A stretch of DNA of 64,000 bases from Nemertoderma westbladi. Its lineage: Eukaryota; Animalia; Xenacoelomorpha. A model generated the notes under the pieces. That model had not been told where the DNA came from, did no database searches, and saw only the letters and a program-made list of their open reading frames with translations. Location of the stretch: positions 7,886 through 71,885 of the forward strand of contig JAUCBJ010006914.1 of the NCBI GenBank assembly GCA_032718475.1, read 5' to 3'. The translations under genes and the position numbers were made by a program. Shown piece after piece: positions 45,801-60,046 of the stretch. Position 1 is the first letter of the stretch; each line of letters opens with the position of its first letter.

Positions 45801-48628
45801 GAGGGGGGAATGATTGCGGATAGGTGCATGGGCCCCAATATATTAACATCAACCCCAGTACCAAGCATACCGGTGGGGGGGGGGGGGGACAGGGTGACAT
45901 TCCCCCATCACAATATCAACAATATACCCCGATAGGAGCAAGAACAACGAGACCCTTGGATGAAAACAGATCATGCGACACAGAAATATGGAGGGGGCCG
46001 CTACCCCCAATGATATACCCAAGCCAAAGGAAGGTAGAAAATAGGACGGACGGACCACACGCAATAGGAGAAACTATACAACATCCATCGAACCCATTGG
46101 AAGCGCAGGCGATGGGGATGGCCACGTTGATCGATGCTTTAAAAACTAGGATCGAGTTACCACCCGTGGAACCGTTTAAATTCGATGGGAGTAGGCCGGA
46201 AGAATATCTGCAGTTTCGGCGCATGTATAGTAACAAAATACTAACAAAGAACTTGACGCAGGCGGAGTGCCTAAAATATCTGCAAGTATATACAGGAGGC
46301 CCAGCATACGACATCGTGAGGCAATACCAGGGTATAGAGGGCAGTTTCACGATGGCATGGCGGGCATTGGACAGGGAATACGGGCACCCGGACAAGATCA
46401 TCCGGCAAACCCTGAGGGGCATAACATCGGGTGGCCTATAGGATAATCCCGTTAGCATAAAGACATTCGCTAACAAAGTCGAGAAGGCGCTAATCATGCT
46501 AAAGACGCTAGACGCGCCATACGAATCAACACATCCAACAACATCACCACGATATCGCAGGCACTACTGATGTGGCTGCGCAACAAGTGGAGGAAGATCG
46601 CTTTCTCCACTCGAGATAGGAAGGGTGCGGAACCGGGTTTAGAAGAAATGTCGAGCTTCTTGAACTACGAAGCCGAATTAATAACCGACCCAGTCTATAG
46701 TGAGGACAGCCTGGGAAAGGGACCAAGAACTGACTACCATAGACCGAAACCAAAACAAAACTCGTCAAACGCATTACCAAAGCTCAGGCAATCATTGCCA
46801 TACGCAGCGACGCAGGGGACTGCAAGTCCACAGGTAGCCGGGGGGTAAGACCACATCATGGAGCAGACAGGGGAAAGATAACAACACAAATAAATATAAC
46901 CCCAGTACGCCCAGTAGGCCGAACCCAAACAATAAGAATAGTAGGGACTTTGGTACAAATGCAGCTGCGATACGCGATGCACTGTACAAGGACGGCTATG
47001 ACCCAAAGAGCAAATGCCAGCTACATACAAATGCGCTTCATCAAACCATGAACTGCAGGTACTGGCAAGTGCTACCCAGGGAAGATCAGGTAGAGTACGC
47101 GGCGAGGAACGAGATCTGCTCGCGATGTGTCATGAGTGGACATAGAGCTAGGCAATGCAAGGAGACACCAATTAAGTTCGGTCAAAGGAAAGGCCAAACG
47201 ATGGCAACGAGCACAGTAGGGGCGAAAAGGAGAGGAACGGTGCTACTTGGGGTAGTACCAGTGCGAGTGATTGGAGAAGGCAACCGATCAGTAACCACAT
47301 TGATGCTGGTCGATAGTGGAGCTGCCTTCACATTAATTGAAAATTGGGTGGCCGAAGAGATAGGATTGAGAACGAGGCCAAGTAGAATGGCGGTAACAAC
47401 AATCTCTAGCAAAGATGAGGTCCTGGAGATGAGGAGCGGACGGTGCACGATTGCAGCGGTGGCACCGGGATGCGACTACGGGGCGACCATCGACCCAATC
47501 CAAGTGATAGAGTCAATAAATATCAATGCCAGGTGGCCAACCAACATCGAGGTCGAACAATATAAATTCCTGGATGATATCGACTTCTCAATCCCAGAGG
47601 TGGACGTTAGGAAGGTATCCTCATAGTAGGAATGGACTGCCCGACGGCCCACAAAAGAATGCAAACGGTCTTCGGCGAAGACAGGCAGTGTGATCCGGTG
47701 GCGATATTGACGCCGTTCGGGTGGACGCTGAGTGGCCAAATTAAGAGTAAGATACCATTTAGGATGTCGGAGACATCGGGATGCATGTTCGCGGGAACTA
47801 TGCAGGAAATGGGGGATGAGGGAGCGGAGGAACAGCTCAAGAGACTGCTCAGGCAAGATTTTGAGGGACTAAAGGAAACCGGGGTCGGAACCTCGGTGGA
47901 AGACAAGCAGGCTCAGCAGAGCGTAGAGGAGTCTATGAGATGCGATGAGGGGCGGTATACCATAGGAATGGTATGGAAGCTACCAAAACTACCGCTGCCC
48001 GATAATAAAGCAATGGTACTCACGAGGCTTCGTAAGTTGAAACAGACGTTAAAACGGAGCCCCGAAAAGAATGAGTACATTCATAAAACAATCAGAAAGT
48101 ACGTCGAGAAGGGATGGGCCGTGGAGTTACCGGTCGACGTACCAAACACAGACAGGACATATTACCTGCCACTCCACGTGGCTTTAGATCCGAAGAAAGG
48201 TAAACTGCGGATGGTAGTGCAAAGACCGACGGGAAATGCCTAAACGACTATCTGCTAGAGGGTCCCAACATATACAACTCTGTGATAGAGGTCCTACTCA
48301 GATTCAGGAATGGAAAACACGCCTTCACCTGTGACATAGAAGGCATGTTCAACCAAGTCCGTGTGATGGGAGAGGATAGCGACAGTCAACGCTTCCTATG
48401 GTGCGACGGCGACGTGGAACCGTCGACAATACCGATGTACAAGATGATAGTACAGAATATGGGAGCCAAGTCGTCTTCTTTCACGACGACTATGGCCGTA
48501 AGAGACACAGTAAAGGGAAAGGAAGATAAGTACAGCACTAGAGCCATCGATATGATTCGACGCGGCTTCTACGTAGACGACGGGATGGAATCTGCAAACA
48601 CGGTTAAGGAGCTATTGGACACAGGACG
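42814..48628 (+). pseudogene. B2 gag-protease-RT, many frameshifts and stops
   Basis: Charged coiled-coil, LPPVEPFKFDG..EYLQF capsid-like region, CSRC..GH..C knuckle, LVDSGA protease, YYLPLH, DIEGMFNQV, FYVDD. Confidence 0.9.
44578..44740 (+). repeat. 60-bp in-frame tandem repeat (~3 units) in B2 gag
   Basis: GGCCTGGTAGGCCACG recurs every 60 bp, encoding GLVGH(V/A)V. Confidence 0.85.
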
Positions 48629-49825
48629 TGTAAAGGCTTTTGCGTAATTAGCCGGTTATTTTCCCCGTAAAGTACTCTGTAGTTGGTTTAACAGGCATAA
48701 AAGGCCGTGTCCTTACTGTACTGTTGTTTTAGAGGACATAAAAGCCATTTCTTCTGTATGTGTACTTTAGCGGACATGATTAGCAATTTTATGACGCAAT
48801 GCGCCAAATCCTCTGTAAACAGTGTAGCTACCATGACGACGGCTAACAGCTGATGCTGTATACGTGGACCTTTTTCTTTGTTCTCTGTTCCTTCTTTGTT
48901 CGGTCGACCAATCAGAGCGTTTTTTGCCTCTGTGTTAGAGATTGTATATAGAAACTCGTGGAGTTGAGTCAGTATGTGATTTGTCCACAGCCTACAACAC
49001 CGGCTTTGGAATCTCCGTGTTTCAGTCTTTAGTCCAACATTAGTAGGCTTAATTATAGAACGTATATCCGTTATCATACATACATAACTCACTTAACTTA
49101 ACTAATCATACCATACTGACATACTTAACAAAGCGATCATATCAATTTATACCTTAACATTTTGCTGCTTTTACTGTCGGTTATTCATTATATTTGTTGA
49201 TGGAATATTATATTTGGAATACTGATAAATAATCAGACACCCCAATCTTCTTGATATACTAAAGGTTAGAGAGACCGGTTACATATAACAATTGCGACTT
49301 ACATTAAGTGGTTTGAAGTGAATCTAATGCTATTTTATAGGCCCTACACGTATTGTCTGTTGTTCTCCTTATATGTGACTAAAATTAGTGAAGGTCGGCA
49401 GATTGGTGTGCAGCATTGTGCAGTATTGTGTATGATCGTGATTGATAACGAAGCATCTCCTAAAGAATGCGCCATATACGTGAATCTATAGCCATCCCAT
49501 TGTGTCTGGTTTAAGTCATAACTCTGTTTATATATTTAGAGCGCCACGTCCTAAAGGAACTGTTAATATTTCCCGAAAGTGAATAATATTTGTCAGAGAT
49601 TATATATATTACGATCAGTCGAATAATACAGTAGGCCTACCCCGCAATACGGTTAGGCTCCCGAATCCAGTCTCCCGGGTATATCCAGCGGGTGAATGAT
49701 CGCGCATAGACTGGCTTCGGCTAATGTAGTGTATCAAATACTTGTCATAGGCTAAAGACGATCTATTATCTAGAAGACATCCCAATTTGGCAGGTTAAAC
49801 TGCTAAAGGTCTGAAAGCGCGAACA
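48629..49825 (+). repeat. 5' LTR of A3 (1197 bp)
   Basis: TGTAAAGGC...AAAGCGCGAACA; homologous to A1/A2 LTRs. Confidence 0.93.
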
Positions 49826-49837
49826 ATAACGGATATA
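49826..49837 (+). promoter_or_regulatory. Non-tRNA primer-binding site of A3, complementary to LTR site 49063-49074
   Basis: ATAACGGATATA is the reverse complement of TATATCCGTTAT. Confidence 0.75.
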
Positions 49838-50230
49838 AAGTTCGGATTGCAGGGTAGGCAATAAATACAGTTTAATATTGTTCTGGTAAGAACAATAACA
49901 GATATATACGTACAATCAGAAGATATATTTGTCTATTGTTCTGGTAAGAACAATAACAGATATAGCTTCTGTATTGCAGTAGGCAATAACGCTGAAGTAC
50001 CGGACAACCGGTACCTAGTAGGCCTGACTACCTAACCACCCGGACCGGTACCTACAGCAGTACAGGTACAGCAGTATTATTCGATTGTGAAATTGTATAC
50101 CGGTAGGCTGTTTAAGAGATTAGGGACTGTACACCCCTTGTTTCTTTTGGAGCTTACTTATTTCTGTCAGTTTTATTTATTTGTAGGCCAGTATTGAGCA
50201 GAAGGCGTGTAAGCCTGCTCAGATTGTACA

Positions 50231-50811
50231 GATAATTTGTAGGCTGGACTGTTGTCTGACTGTGGTTAAGTCTGAAGAGACTGTAGTGTGTGTAGAGCAT
50301 ATGTCCGAAAAAGTACTAGTTAGGAAAGTAGGGGCTGCCAGTGCTGTGAGGTGAACCCCCACGAAAGAATAAGTCGTACTACTCGGTTAGAACGCATACT
50401 AACTAACCATTTCGGAGTCTGTATATACTGTAGTTTATTTAGGCTTGATAGTAGTCTGTCAGCGTTTGGTCTGTACCTTGTTTGTGTAGTCTGTACGGGT
50501 AGCGTAATATTTCTTACTTAGATAATTTGTAGGCTGGATTTTGTCTGGCTGTTGTTGGGTCTTGAGAGATTTCGGTGTGTGTAGAGTGTATGTCGTCCGA
50601 TAAAGTGCCAGTTGGGAACGTAGGGGCTTCCAGAGCTGTGAGGTAAACCCCCTCGAAAGAATAAGTCGTACTACTCGGTTAGAACGCATACTAACTAACC
50701 ATTTCGGAGTCTGCATATACCGTAGTTTGTTTGGGCTTGATAGTAGTCTGTCATCATTTGGTCTGCATTTTGTTTGAGTAGTCTGTACGCGCAGCGTAAT
50801 ATTTATTATTC
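50231..50811. repeat. ~290-bp tandem duplication in the A3 5' leader
   Basis: GATAATTTGTAGGCTGGA starts at 50231 and 50521; single copy in A1 and A2. Confidence 0.85.
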
Positions 50812-52262
50812 AGAGTTTATGCGATTATTCGCAACATTCATTCCCCAAGTTTATTCCTACAGTAATTGTGCTTGTTATATATACCATTACAGTTAAACTA
50901 ACCCCGGTACTACATCAGGGCTGCTTGGCGTAGGTAAAGACTGGAGATTTTATGCTTTGGTCACTCCGGCAGATACCGTGGTTCTTTTAGCTGTTCAAGT
51001 ATTTCTAACTGCTAGTTATTTGTTGTATAAGTACTTGTACCTAATTTAGGGTTTAGTGTACAGTGCTTTCCGAAGGCAATTAGTGTGTAGGCAGTATATT
51101 TGTGTTGTAAAGTGGTTAATAGGCACGTTGGTTCTGGTAGACCGCGGTAATTAACTTCTAGGTAGGAACACTCCGTGATACATAACGTAGTACTTATAGC
51201 GATACGGCTATAAGTCGTCAGACGGTGGTATTTTTCTATCTGGACAACGCAGTATATTTACTACTACTTATTATTTTCAAATACCGAAGTAACCTGTCCG
51301 TTGTAATAACCAGATATTCTAACCCTTTGTTAGGCTGGTTAGTAGACTTCTTGTAAAATTACCCTAAAAATTCGTACTTGTAATTTTTGTGTTTATTTAG
51401 AGATTGTAATCTCACCCGAATTGTACGTAATTTGTAGTATTAAGTAACTTAGGTAAATTATAATTATTTGTTTTAGTGTCCAACAAGTAGCACTCTACTG
51501 AGAGCGCACAGCTTCTGTGTAGTGACTCCCCCCAGAAATAATAACATTTATTTCAAATATTGACAAAAACCCATTATAACGGGTATATATATTATAAATC
51601 AACTCAAACCGATTTATAAAATAGTAGGCCTGCCATACAACAATTAGGTCTCAATATCAGTTGGACTACTGCTTAAATAACGGTAATCAAGTAAAGCAAA
51701 GTAACCAAGTAACCCCTGAAATTTCAGAAATTCAATTATTCTAAAATAATTGACATACCGGTATTTACAATAGGCTTATTATATTTATTTCTATAAATTT
51801 TAGGCTGAAATTATACCGGTATTCTGTAATTAATTCTAGTCTGTAATTATACTTATATATATACATTATAAGTGTAAGCTGTATACCGGTATTCACGATA
51901 GGCCTATTATATATTTATAAATTTAGGCTGAAATTATACCGGTATTCTGTAATTAATTCTAGTTAATAATTATACTCATATATACTATAAGTGTAAACTG
52001 CATACCGGTATCCACGATAGGCCTATTATATATTTATATATATTTGTGCTGGAATTATATACCGGTATTCTGTGACAAATCTAGTCTGTGACAATACTTA
52101 TATATATACTATAAGCATACCGGTATTCTAATATATTATATATATATTACGCTACACTGAGTAGCAGTATCAGTAATTAATTACTAGGCTAACAGTGATA
52201 CTGAATTACTAGGCTTGCTTAAACTGTAATATAGCAGTAGGCATTCAACTGTACAAACCAAC

Positions 52263-53549
52263 ATGTCTGACACAAAGCAAAACCTGTCAGACAGTCTTCT
52301 AGATACAACCATATGTGACCCAGACAGGAGTGTGGAACGAGTAGGACCGAAGTTCAATTCACCTCCTACTGTAAGAAAGATCATCCCTCCCGTAGTAATA
52401 TCAGACCCTAGGCTAGTCCAACATCGTAGGTCTATCATAGGCACTCGAGCTCAGGTCAAGCGGGACCAAGAAGCAGCGGAACCGCAACAACCCGCGAGCC
52501 AAGAACTTATTTCTCAACGGCCCGACAGCTCCAGTAGTGAGGATACTGCAGAGCTGACACCCGAGCGTGGAGTAAAGATGATGGATGCGGTTTATTCGGA
52601 TCCCCTTCTCATCCTTCCTGCAGCCGTACTCACTAGGTTATTGATTGCGGTGGAAGAACACCAGATCGATTGGGCGAGAAATAAGCGATCGACTAAAGAT
52701 AGTTATGCGGGATACACAAGGGAAGAACTGAAGTCTATTGTCGAGTCGCAATGGAACTTCCCCAGACCCGGACTCCCGTTTGATTTATCAGAAGCTGCCT
52801 GGGAAGACATACACAGGATGGGAGTAACAAAGAAACCATCGATCCAGCTGTGTGGAAGAGGTCCGCAGCAGGATACGCACAGGGATTCTTCAGCTCCATG
52901 GAGCGATTAAAAGAACAACTGTTTCAACAACCCCAAGGACCTCAAGAGCAGGGACAGCTGCTTTATCAAGTTAGAGAAAGAATTCTACGAATCAGGCTAA
53001 TCTTATCGGCCTTTGAGGAGGCTTCTAAAAGAAGACAAGACACGTCGTTGCAAGTTGCCGTAAAGACTTGGTTTCAACGGGTGAGTCTCCAGGTTCAAGG
53101 AACAGCTCAGTGGAAATCTCAGTTAGCTGGGCGCTCAACCCATGGAGAATCAACAGACGCTACTTTTTCACAAGTGGAAAGTGAAGCGACGGCAGAGAAA
53201 CCGCATAAGAGGGATGCCATTGACATCTATCTGTCAGACTATCAACGTTTTTTAGGTGATGAAGAGTTGAGGAGAAGGCTAGATGGACTTAGCCCTAATA
53301 GTGAAGGAACCCAGCGTGTGTTGGACGCCATCGATGTGGATATGAGAGCTGCGAACCAAGCTAAATTTGATGAACAACTCCGCATCGCTAGAGTCCAAGA
53401 AGAACAAGTAAAGAAAAAACGTATAGAAGACAGAAAGATAGCAGCAGCGGCAGCAGCGGAAGCAGAAGCAGAAAGAAAGGCGGCAGAAGCAGCGGCAGAG
53501 GCAAAAGCGGCAGCGGCAGAAGCAGCGGCAGAGGCAAAAGCGGCAGCAG
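52263..53549 (+). pseudogene. A3 gag N-terminal part (one frameshift near 52835)
   Basis: MSDTKQNL..; collinear with A1/A2 gag until the Ala-rich repeat. Confidence 0.9.
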
Positions 53550-53869
53550 CTGGTTTAAGTCATAACTCTGTTTATTTATTTAGAGCGCCACATCCTAAAG
53601 GAACTGTTAATATTTCACGAAAGTGAATAATATTTGTCAGAGATTATATATATTACGATCAGTCGAATAATACAGTAGGCCTACCCCGCAATACGGTTAG
53701 GCTCCCGAATCCAGTCTCCCGGGTATATCCAGCGGGTGAATGATCGCGCATAGACTGGCTTCGGCTAATGTAGTGTATCAAATACTTGTCATAGGCTAAA
53801 GACGATCTATTATCTAGAAGACATCCCAATTTGGCAGGTAAAACTGCTAAAGGTCTGAAAGCGCGAACA
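53550..53869 (+). repeat. Partial 3' LTR of A3 (last 320 bp)
   Basis: Matches 49506-49825. Confidence 0.92.
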
Positions 53870-53874
53870 GGACG

Positions 53875-54856
53875 CGAGGTTCGCGACATCCTTAAAGGAT
53901 CCGGCTTCAACCTAACCAAATTCCAATCCAGTTCGAAGGAACTTATCGAGGCGATAAGAGATGAGAGACCAGGATCGACCATGGATAATCCCACAACAGC
54001 CAAGGGGCAGGACATGGCGAACAAGAGAATAGAGTCTCAACAGAAGGCACTGGGAATCGTGTGGAACAGAGAAACGGATGAACTGAAGTACCAGTTGAGT
54101 CAGGAGGGCGCAGATATCCACACAAAAAGGGGTTATGTGTCATACATAGCAAGGATATACGATCCCCTAGGCCTAGCATCCCCACTACTAGTCACGGGGA
54201 AACAGATACTCAAGAAAGTATACAAGCTAAAGGACGAGTGGGACGCAGAGGTCCTGGAAGAAATCAGAAAGCAGTGGCATAAGCGGACAGAGAGCCTGGA
54301 GCAGATGGGAACATACAGCATGCCAAGAGTGTATTTCCCGGATGGGGACATGACGAATCTGGACTTACACATGTTCTCCGATGCGTCGTTGGAGGCATAC
54401 GGAGCGGCACTCTATTTAGTACAACGAGAGGGGGCTCACAAGCCCAGACTCGCCTTCAGCAAAGCGAAGTCAATGCCACCAGATTCAGCATCAGTTCCCA
54501 AACTATAATTGACAGCTGCGAGACTAGGAGTTAGGGCTACAGCCTACCTAATGGATGCTATTCCCAACATAGTGGAGACGCACTACTGGACGGATTCCAT
54601 GGTAGTGCTTGGTTGGCTACATAACGAAAGGACGAGATACCCTATATTCATTGCGAATAGGGTGGACGAAATAAGGGCGACCACAGAACTGGAAAGGTGG
54701 CACTACTGCCCAACAGACGAGAACCCAGCGAACTTGTTATCGAGGGGCGTGGTACGCCACACTTTCTTGAAGAAAGAAGTATTGTGGCAACACGGGCCAC
54801 AGTTTCTGAGTGATAGGGAGGCCTGGCCGCCGTTGAGAAAGGTGGACCCGGGCTCA
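53875..54856 (+). pseudogene. B2 pol continuation: RT C-terminus and RNase H
   Basis: SGFNLTKF.S, KALGIVW, YDPLG, LHMFSDAS..AYGA, YWTDS.VVLGW, W.YCPT.ENPA.LLSRG. Confidence 0.9.
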
Positions 54857-54858
54857 TA

Positions 54859-56523
54859 TATACTATACTATAATATACTATAATATACTATACTATACTA
54901 TACTATACTATACTATACTATACTATACTATACTATACTATACTATACTATACTATACTATACTATACTATACTATACTATACTATACTATACTATACTA
55001 TACTATACTATACTATACTATACTATACTATACTATACTATACTATACTATACTATACTATACTATACTATACTATACTATACTATACTATACTATACTA
55101 TACTATACTATACTATACTATACTATACTATACTATACTATACTATACTATACTATACTATACTATACTATACTATACTATACTATACTATACTATACTA
55201 TACTATACTATACTATACTATACTATACTATACTATACTATACTATACTATACTATACTATACTATACTATACTATACTATACTATACTATACTATACTA
55301 TACTATACTATACTATACTATACTATACTATACTATACTATACTATACTATACTATACTATACTATACTATACTATACTATACTATACTATACTATACTA
55401 TACTATACTATACTATACTATACTATACTATACTATACTATACTATACTATACTATACTATACTATACTATACTATACTATACTATACTATACTATACTA
55501 TACTATACTATACTATACTATACTATACTATACTATACTATACTATACTATACTATACTATACTATACTATACTATACTATACTATACTATACTATACTA
55601 TACTATACTATACTATACTATACTATACTATACTATACTATACTATACTATACTATACTATACTATACTATACTATACTATACTATACTATACTATACTA
55701 TACTATACTATACTATACTATACTATACTATACTATACTATACTATACTATACTATACTATACTATACTATACTATACTATACTATACTATACTATACTA
55801 TACTATACTATACTATACTATACTATACTATACTATACTATACTATACTATACTATACTATACTATACTATACTATACTATACTATACTATACTATACTA
55901 TACTATACTATACTATACTATACTATACTATACTATACTATACTATACTATACTATACTATACTATACTATACTATACTATACTATACTATACTATACTA
56001 TACTATACTATACTATACTATACTATACTATACTATACTATACTATACTATACTATACTATACTATACTATACTATACTATACTATACTATACTATACTA
56101 TACTATACTATACTATACTATACTATACTATACTATACTATACTATACTATACTATACTATACTATACTATACTATACTATACTATACTATACTATACTA
56201 TACTATACTATACTATACTATACTATACTATACTATACTATACTATACTATACTATACTATACTATACTATACTATACTATACTATACTATACTATACTA
56301 TACTATACTATACTATACTATACTATACTATACTATACTATACTATACTATACTATACTATACTATACTATACTATACTATACTATACTATACTATACTA
56401 TACTATACTATACTATACTATACTATACTATACTATACTATACTATACTATACTATACTATACTATACTATACTATACTATACTATACTATACTATACTA
56501 TACTATACTATACTACACTACAC
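54859..56523. repeat. (TATAC)n microsatellite, ~1.66 kb (~330 units), ending in CACTA variants
   Basis: Direct observation. Confidence 0.97.
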
Positions 56524-57231
56524 CAGCTGGTTACTGCCATTGACTGGCCCGAACTCCGGCATTCAACGTACTGAGTGTGAGTGTCTTCCACAAGTTACCT
56601 TATTGCAGTTGCGCTGTCCGTCCGCATTAGGCCTCTATACAGATCAGTTAAGCCTAATCGTCGTCGATTTTAAGACGAGCCCTTTGCTTTGTGTGAGCGT
56701 GTGTGTAACAGTGTGGTAATGCAGTAATGTGCCTGCGAATCCGCCAAACAACCCACGTAGGGCGCTAGAATCTCTCTAGCACCAACAATAATTAATGCAT
56801 TAAATGTATAATTACACATTTTGAAATATATATTAATCACGAGTATACTGATACTGACTGACTGAGTCTGTAGTATTATATACTCAGACTCAAAGTCATG
56901 CACATTGTGCCATCTTCACAGCAAATACAATATTTACCAGTTGTTTCGCTTTAAGTGAATGGGCGTTGTTTGGGCTAGGAGGTTGGGCGTAGTTTGGGTT
57001 AAGAGCTTGAGCGTTGTTTTTTACAATGAATATCATTTTAAATGATTAAATATAAATGAATTAAATTGAATTGTTTGGGTTAAGAGGTTGGGCGTTGTTT
57101 GGGATACGATTGTTTTGGTTAGGAGGTTGGGCGTTTTGGGTTAGTTATTTACAATTATTATTTAACCAGCCACCTAATAGTGTCCTTAAACATTCTTCGC
57201 CAACTACGTGGCTCGCCCCACACTTGAAATA

Positions 57232-57473
57232 TTGGAACTAAATTCGCTTCCATTGGAACTAAATTCGCTTGCATTGGAACTAAGTTCGCATCCATTGGAA
57301 CTAAATTCGCATCCATTGGAACTAATATCGGAAGCATTGGAACTAAATTCGTTTTCGTTTTTCTCTAGTTATTGGAACTAAGTTCGCCTAAATTGGAACC
57401 AAATTCGCCAAAATTGGAACTAAATTCGTTTCCATTGGAACTAAATTCGCATCAGGCATAAATTGGAACTAAG
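57232..57473. repeat. ~21-bp minisatellite (ATTGGAACTAAATTCGC...), preceded by GGGCGTTGTTTGGG repeats at ~56960-57140
   Basis: About ten ATTGGAAC-initiated units. Confidence 0.8.
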
Positions 57474-58492
57474 TACGGGGAATCGGCTTCCATTACAAAT
57501 TTTACATTGAAAAGCATTAGGCAGGACCAAATACCAGTATTATATACTACTGTATATATAGGCAATCACTTATTTCTAAATCATTTAGCAACACTATTGT
57601 GTTTGTTCTGGGGGGAAGATCCCCCGGAAAAGGGTTTCTTTGGGGTCCAAATCATAAAAATTGGGGCTTGGAATGTTTTGGGGTTGGAATTTAACAATCA
57701 AAAAGCGCGGGTAGGCCTATTTAAAAATCTCGTAGTGCGGACCAAATACCAGGAGTATGACATACTACTACTGGTATTTGGTCTGCTCCTATAGGTTTCC
57801 ATTAAAAATTTTACGTTGAAAAGCATTAGGGCGGCCAAATCCAAGAAATTGGGGCTAGGAAAGTTTTGGGGTTGGTATTAAAAAGTCCAATCAGCCAATA
57901 GCATATCGACCCAATATCCGTATTATATGATAATACCGATAGTTATGGTCCGCGTATAAAGCATTTTGGTATGAAAAAGTCACATATGGCAGGCCGAATA
58001 CTAAGTAGTATGATACTACTGATAGTTGGACCGCGTATAAGCACTTGCCACTTCTTTCATAAATATATGCCCTACTCTCAGTATCTATTACTTTTCTATT
58101 GTCGGAAGCAGTAGTTTAGTCTTTCAATAGCATCTCAATCAGCCAATTCCGCAAGGTAAGCAAATGTTAGGTAGAGTGCGTTATTATATAGTATATTACA
58201 TAGTATGCTTCAGAATCTTTTAATTAAACCGCCTCCTCGCCTCCACACCTGATCTAACAACAAGTTAGGACGGCAGTACATACAGCGGTTATCAAGCTTG
58301 TACATAACCAATTACATACTGTAGACGGCCCTCCCATCAATGAAGGGCGAGGGAGGGGGGTTCAGCGGATCGGCTCAAACGAGATTTATGATGACTTGCA
58401 ACTGGCCACTACAACCACTTGGTTATTACTGTATTATTGTGGATTAACTGATTAACACTTCATCTAACAACATGTTAGTTTAAATAGTTTAA

Positions 58493-60046
58493 CCCTATTA
58501 AACCCGGGGGGGGGTCAATATGACCCCCCCCGTGGTTTTTTTATTATAATTCTGAAACAAACGCAGTTGGAAATCTGAAATTTTATGACTTTTCCTAAAA
58601 ATCTATTGTCTTCCTAGTAGTGAAAACCGTTTTCAAAAATATTGGGTACTTTTCGAGTTATAGCACCATTTTTTAACCCTACTTTTGGCACTTTTTTTGA
58701 GACGTTTTTTGAAAATTACATTTCATTAAATATGAATTGTAACATCTCTAATTTTGATTTACACCGGTTTTTTGGTGTTAGAAATTTGATGGAATTCATA
58801 TCAATTGATTTAGAAATTTCAAACTTGTATTTTTCGGCGGGTACCAAATTTTGGTGCCAGCACCAAATTTTGAAATAAGTCAATTTTGTAAATTGAACGT
58901 TTGAAACTTGTTTTTTACGCAATTGGGGTTTTTTGGGTTTCTGGATTCGATGAAATATATACGAGTTGCACCAAGCGTATCAAACTTGCATTTTTCGGTG
59001 CTGTGTGCAAATTTTGGTGCTAGCACGAAATTTTGAAAATCCATTCAATAGATAAAATTGCTTGTGACAATTTATTTCTTGCGTTTTAGAGGTTTATGGC
59101 TGTTCTGAATTCAATGGAAAATATAATTATCGAACTAGACATCTCAAACTTGTATTTTTCGGATGTGGGTGCAAAATGTGGTGCTAGCACCAAATTTTGA
59201 AAACCATCAAATATATCAATTGATTGTGTCACCTTGTTTCTTGCGTTATACGGGTTTGTGATGGTTCTGAATTCAATGGAATCAGTAAAAATTTCATAAG
59301 AGTTCTCAAACTTGTATTTTTCGCCGGTGGGTGAAAATTGTTGTGCCAGCACCAAATTTTGGAAAATATGCAAATTGATAAGTAGATAGTATCACCTTGT
59401 TTCTTGCGTTATACGGGTTTATGAGGGTCCTGAATCCGATGGAATCAATAAAAACAGCACTGGACATCGCAAACTTGTACTTTTTGGTGATGGGTACGAA
59501 ATTTGGTGCTAGCACCAAAATTTGCCAAATTACGCCGAAAAATACAAGTAGCAATGATCTGGCATATTAGAAATGTATTCCATTAGAATCAGCGCCCTCG
59601 AAAACCTGAAAATGTGAATTTATAGCATCGTATAAGTGAATTAAAAATTTTGTGTTCTAACTGAAAAGTGCTGGTTACTTGTTTTTTTCATTTTTTTCCT
59701 ACGCAGAGAGGACCCTAAACAGCCATTTATAGTAATCATATCATTTTTTAATATTTTCCAATGTATTTTGCACCCCAGAAAACCTGTATTGAAAAATAAT
59801 TAGCCGAAAATGTAACTTTCAAATTTGGTGAAAATTGTGCACTACTTGTAATTTTGGTGCTGCAATATAACCACCCCAGTACATTTTTTCGAAAATTTTT
59901 TTTTTCGGTCGGATCCAGACAAGTGATACCTACGTACAAACAAAAAATCAGACGTTTTCGTAAATATTTGTAGATTTTAGAGGGGGGGGTCAATATGACC
60001 CCCTCCCGGTATTTGTACAACATTTTATAGCCCGGTACTAATAGGG
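58493..60046 (-). mobile_element. Intact piggyBac-type non-autonomous element (1554 bp)
   Basis: TTAA on both sides (58489-58492, 60047-60050); TIRs CCCTATTA..CCGGG; subterminal GGGGGTCAATATGACCCCC palindromes; no transposase. Confidence 0.88.

Larger units (their letters stand above)
48629..53869 (+). mobile_element. BEL/Pao family A copy A3 with a large deletion from gag into the 3' LTR
   Basis: 5' LTR 48629-49825; partial 3' LTR 53550-53869; TSD GGACG (48624-48628, 53870-53874); inserted just after YVDD of B2 RT. Confidence 0.93.
42192..54856 (+). mobile_element. BEL/Pao family B copy B2: 5' LTR + gag-pol, interrupted by A3, truncated by the (TATAC)n array before integrase
   Basis: LTR homologous to 6566-7146; BEL gag/PR/RT/RH motifs; reading resumes across TSD GGACG. 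Confidence 0.9.

Noticed and set aside
53831-53874. Start of the 225-aa ORF 53831-54508
   Set aside because: Chimeric: first codons come from the A3 LTR and TSD; the rest is B2 pol
57232-57473. CRISPR-like array (also 2528-2835)
   Set aside because: Head-to-tail units without unique spacers, no cas genes, eukaryotic TE context
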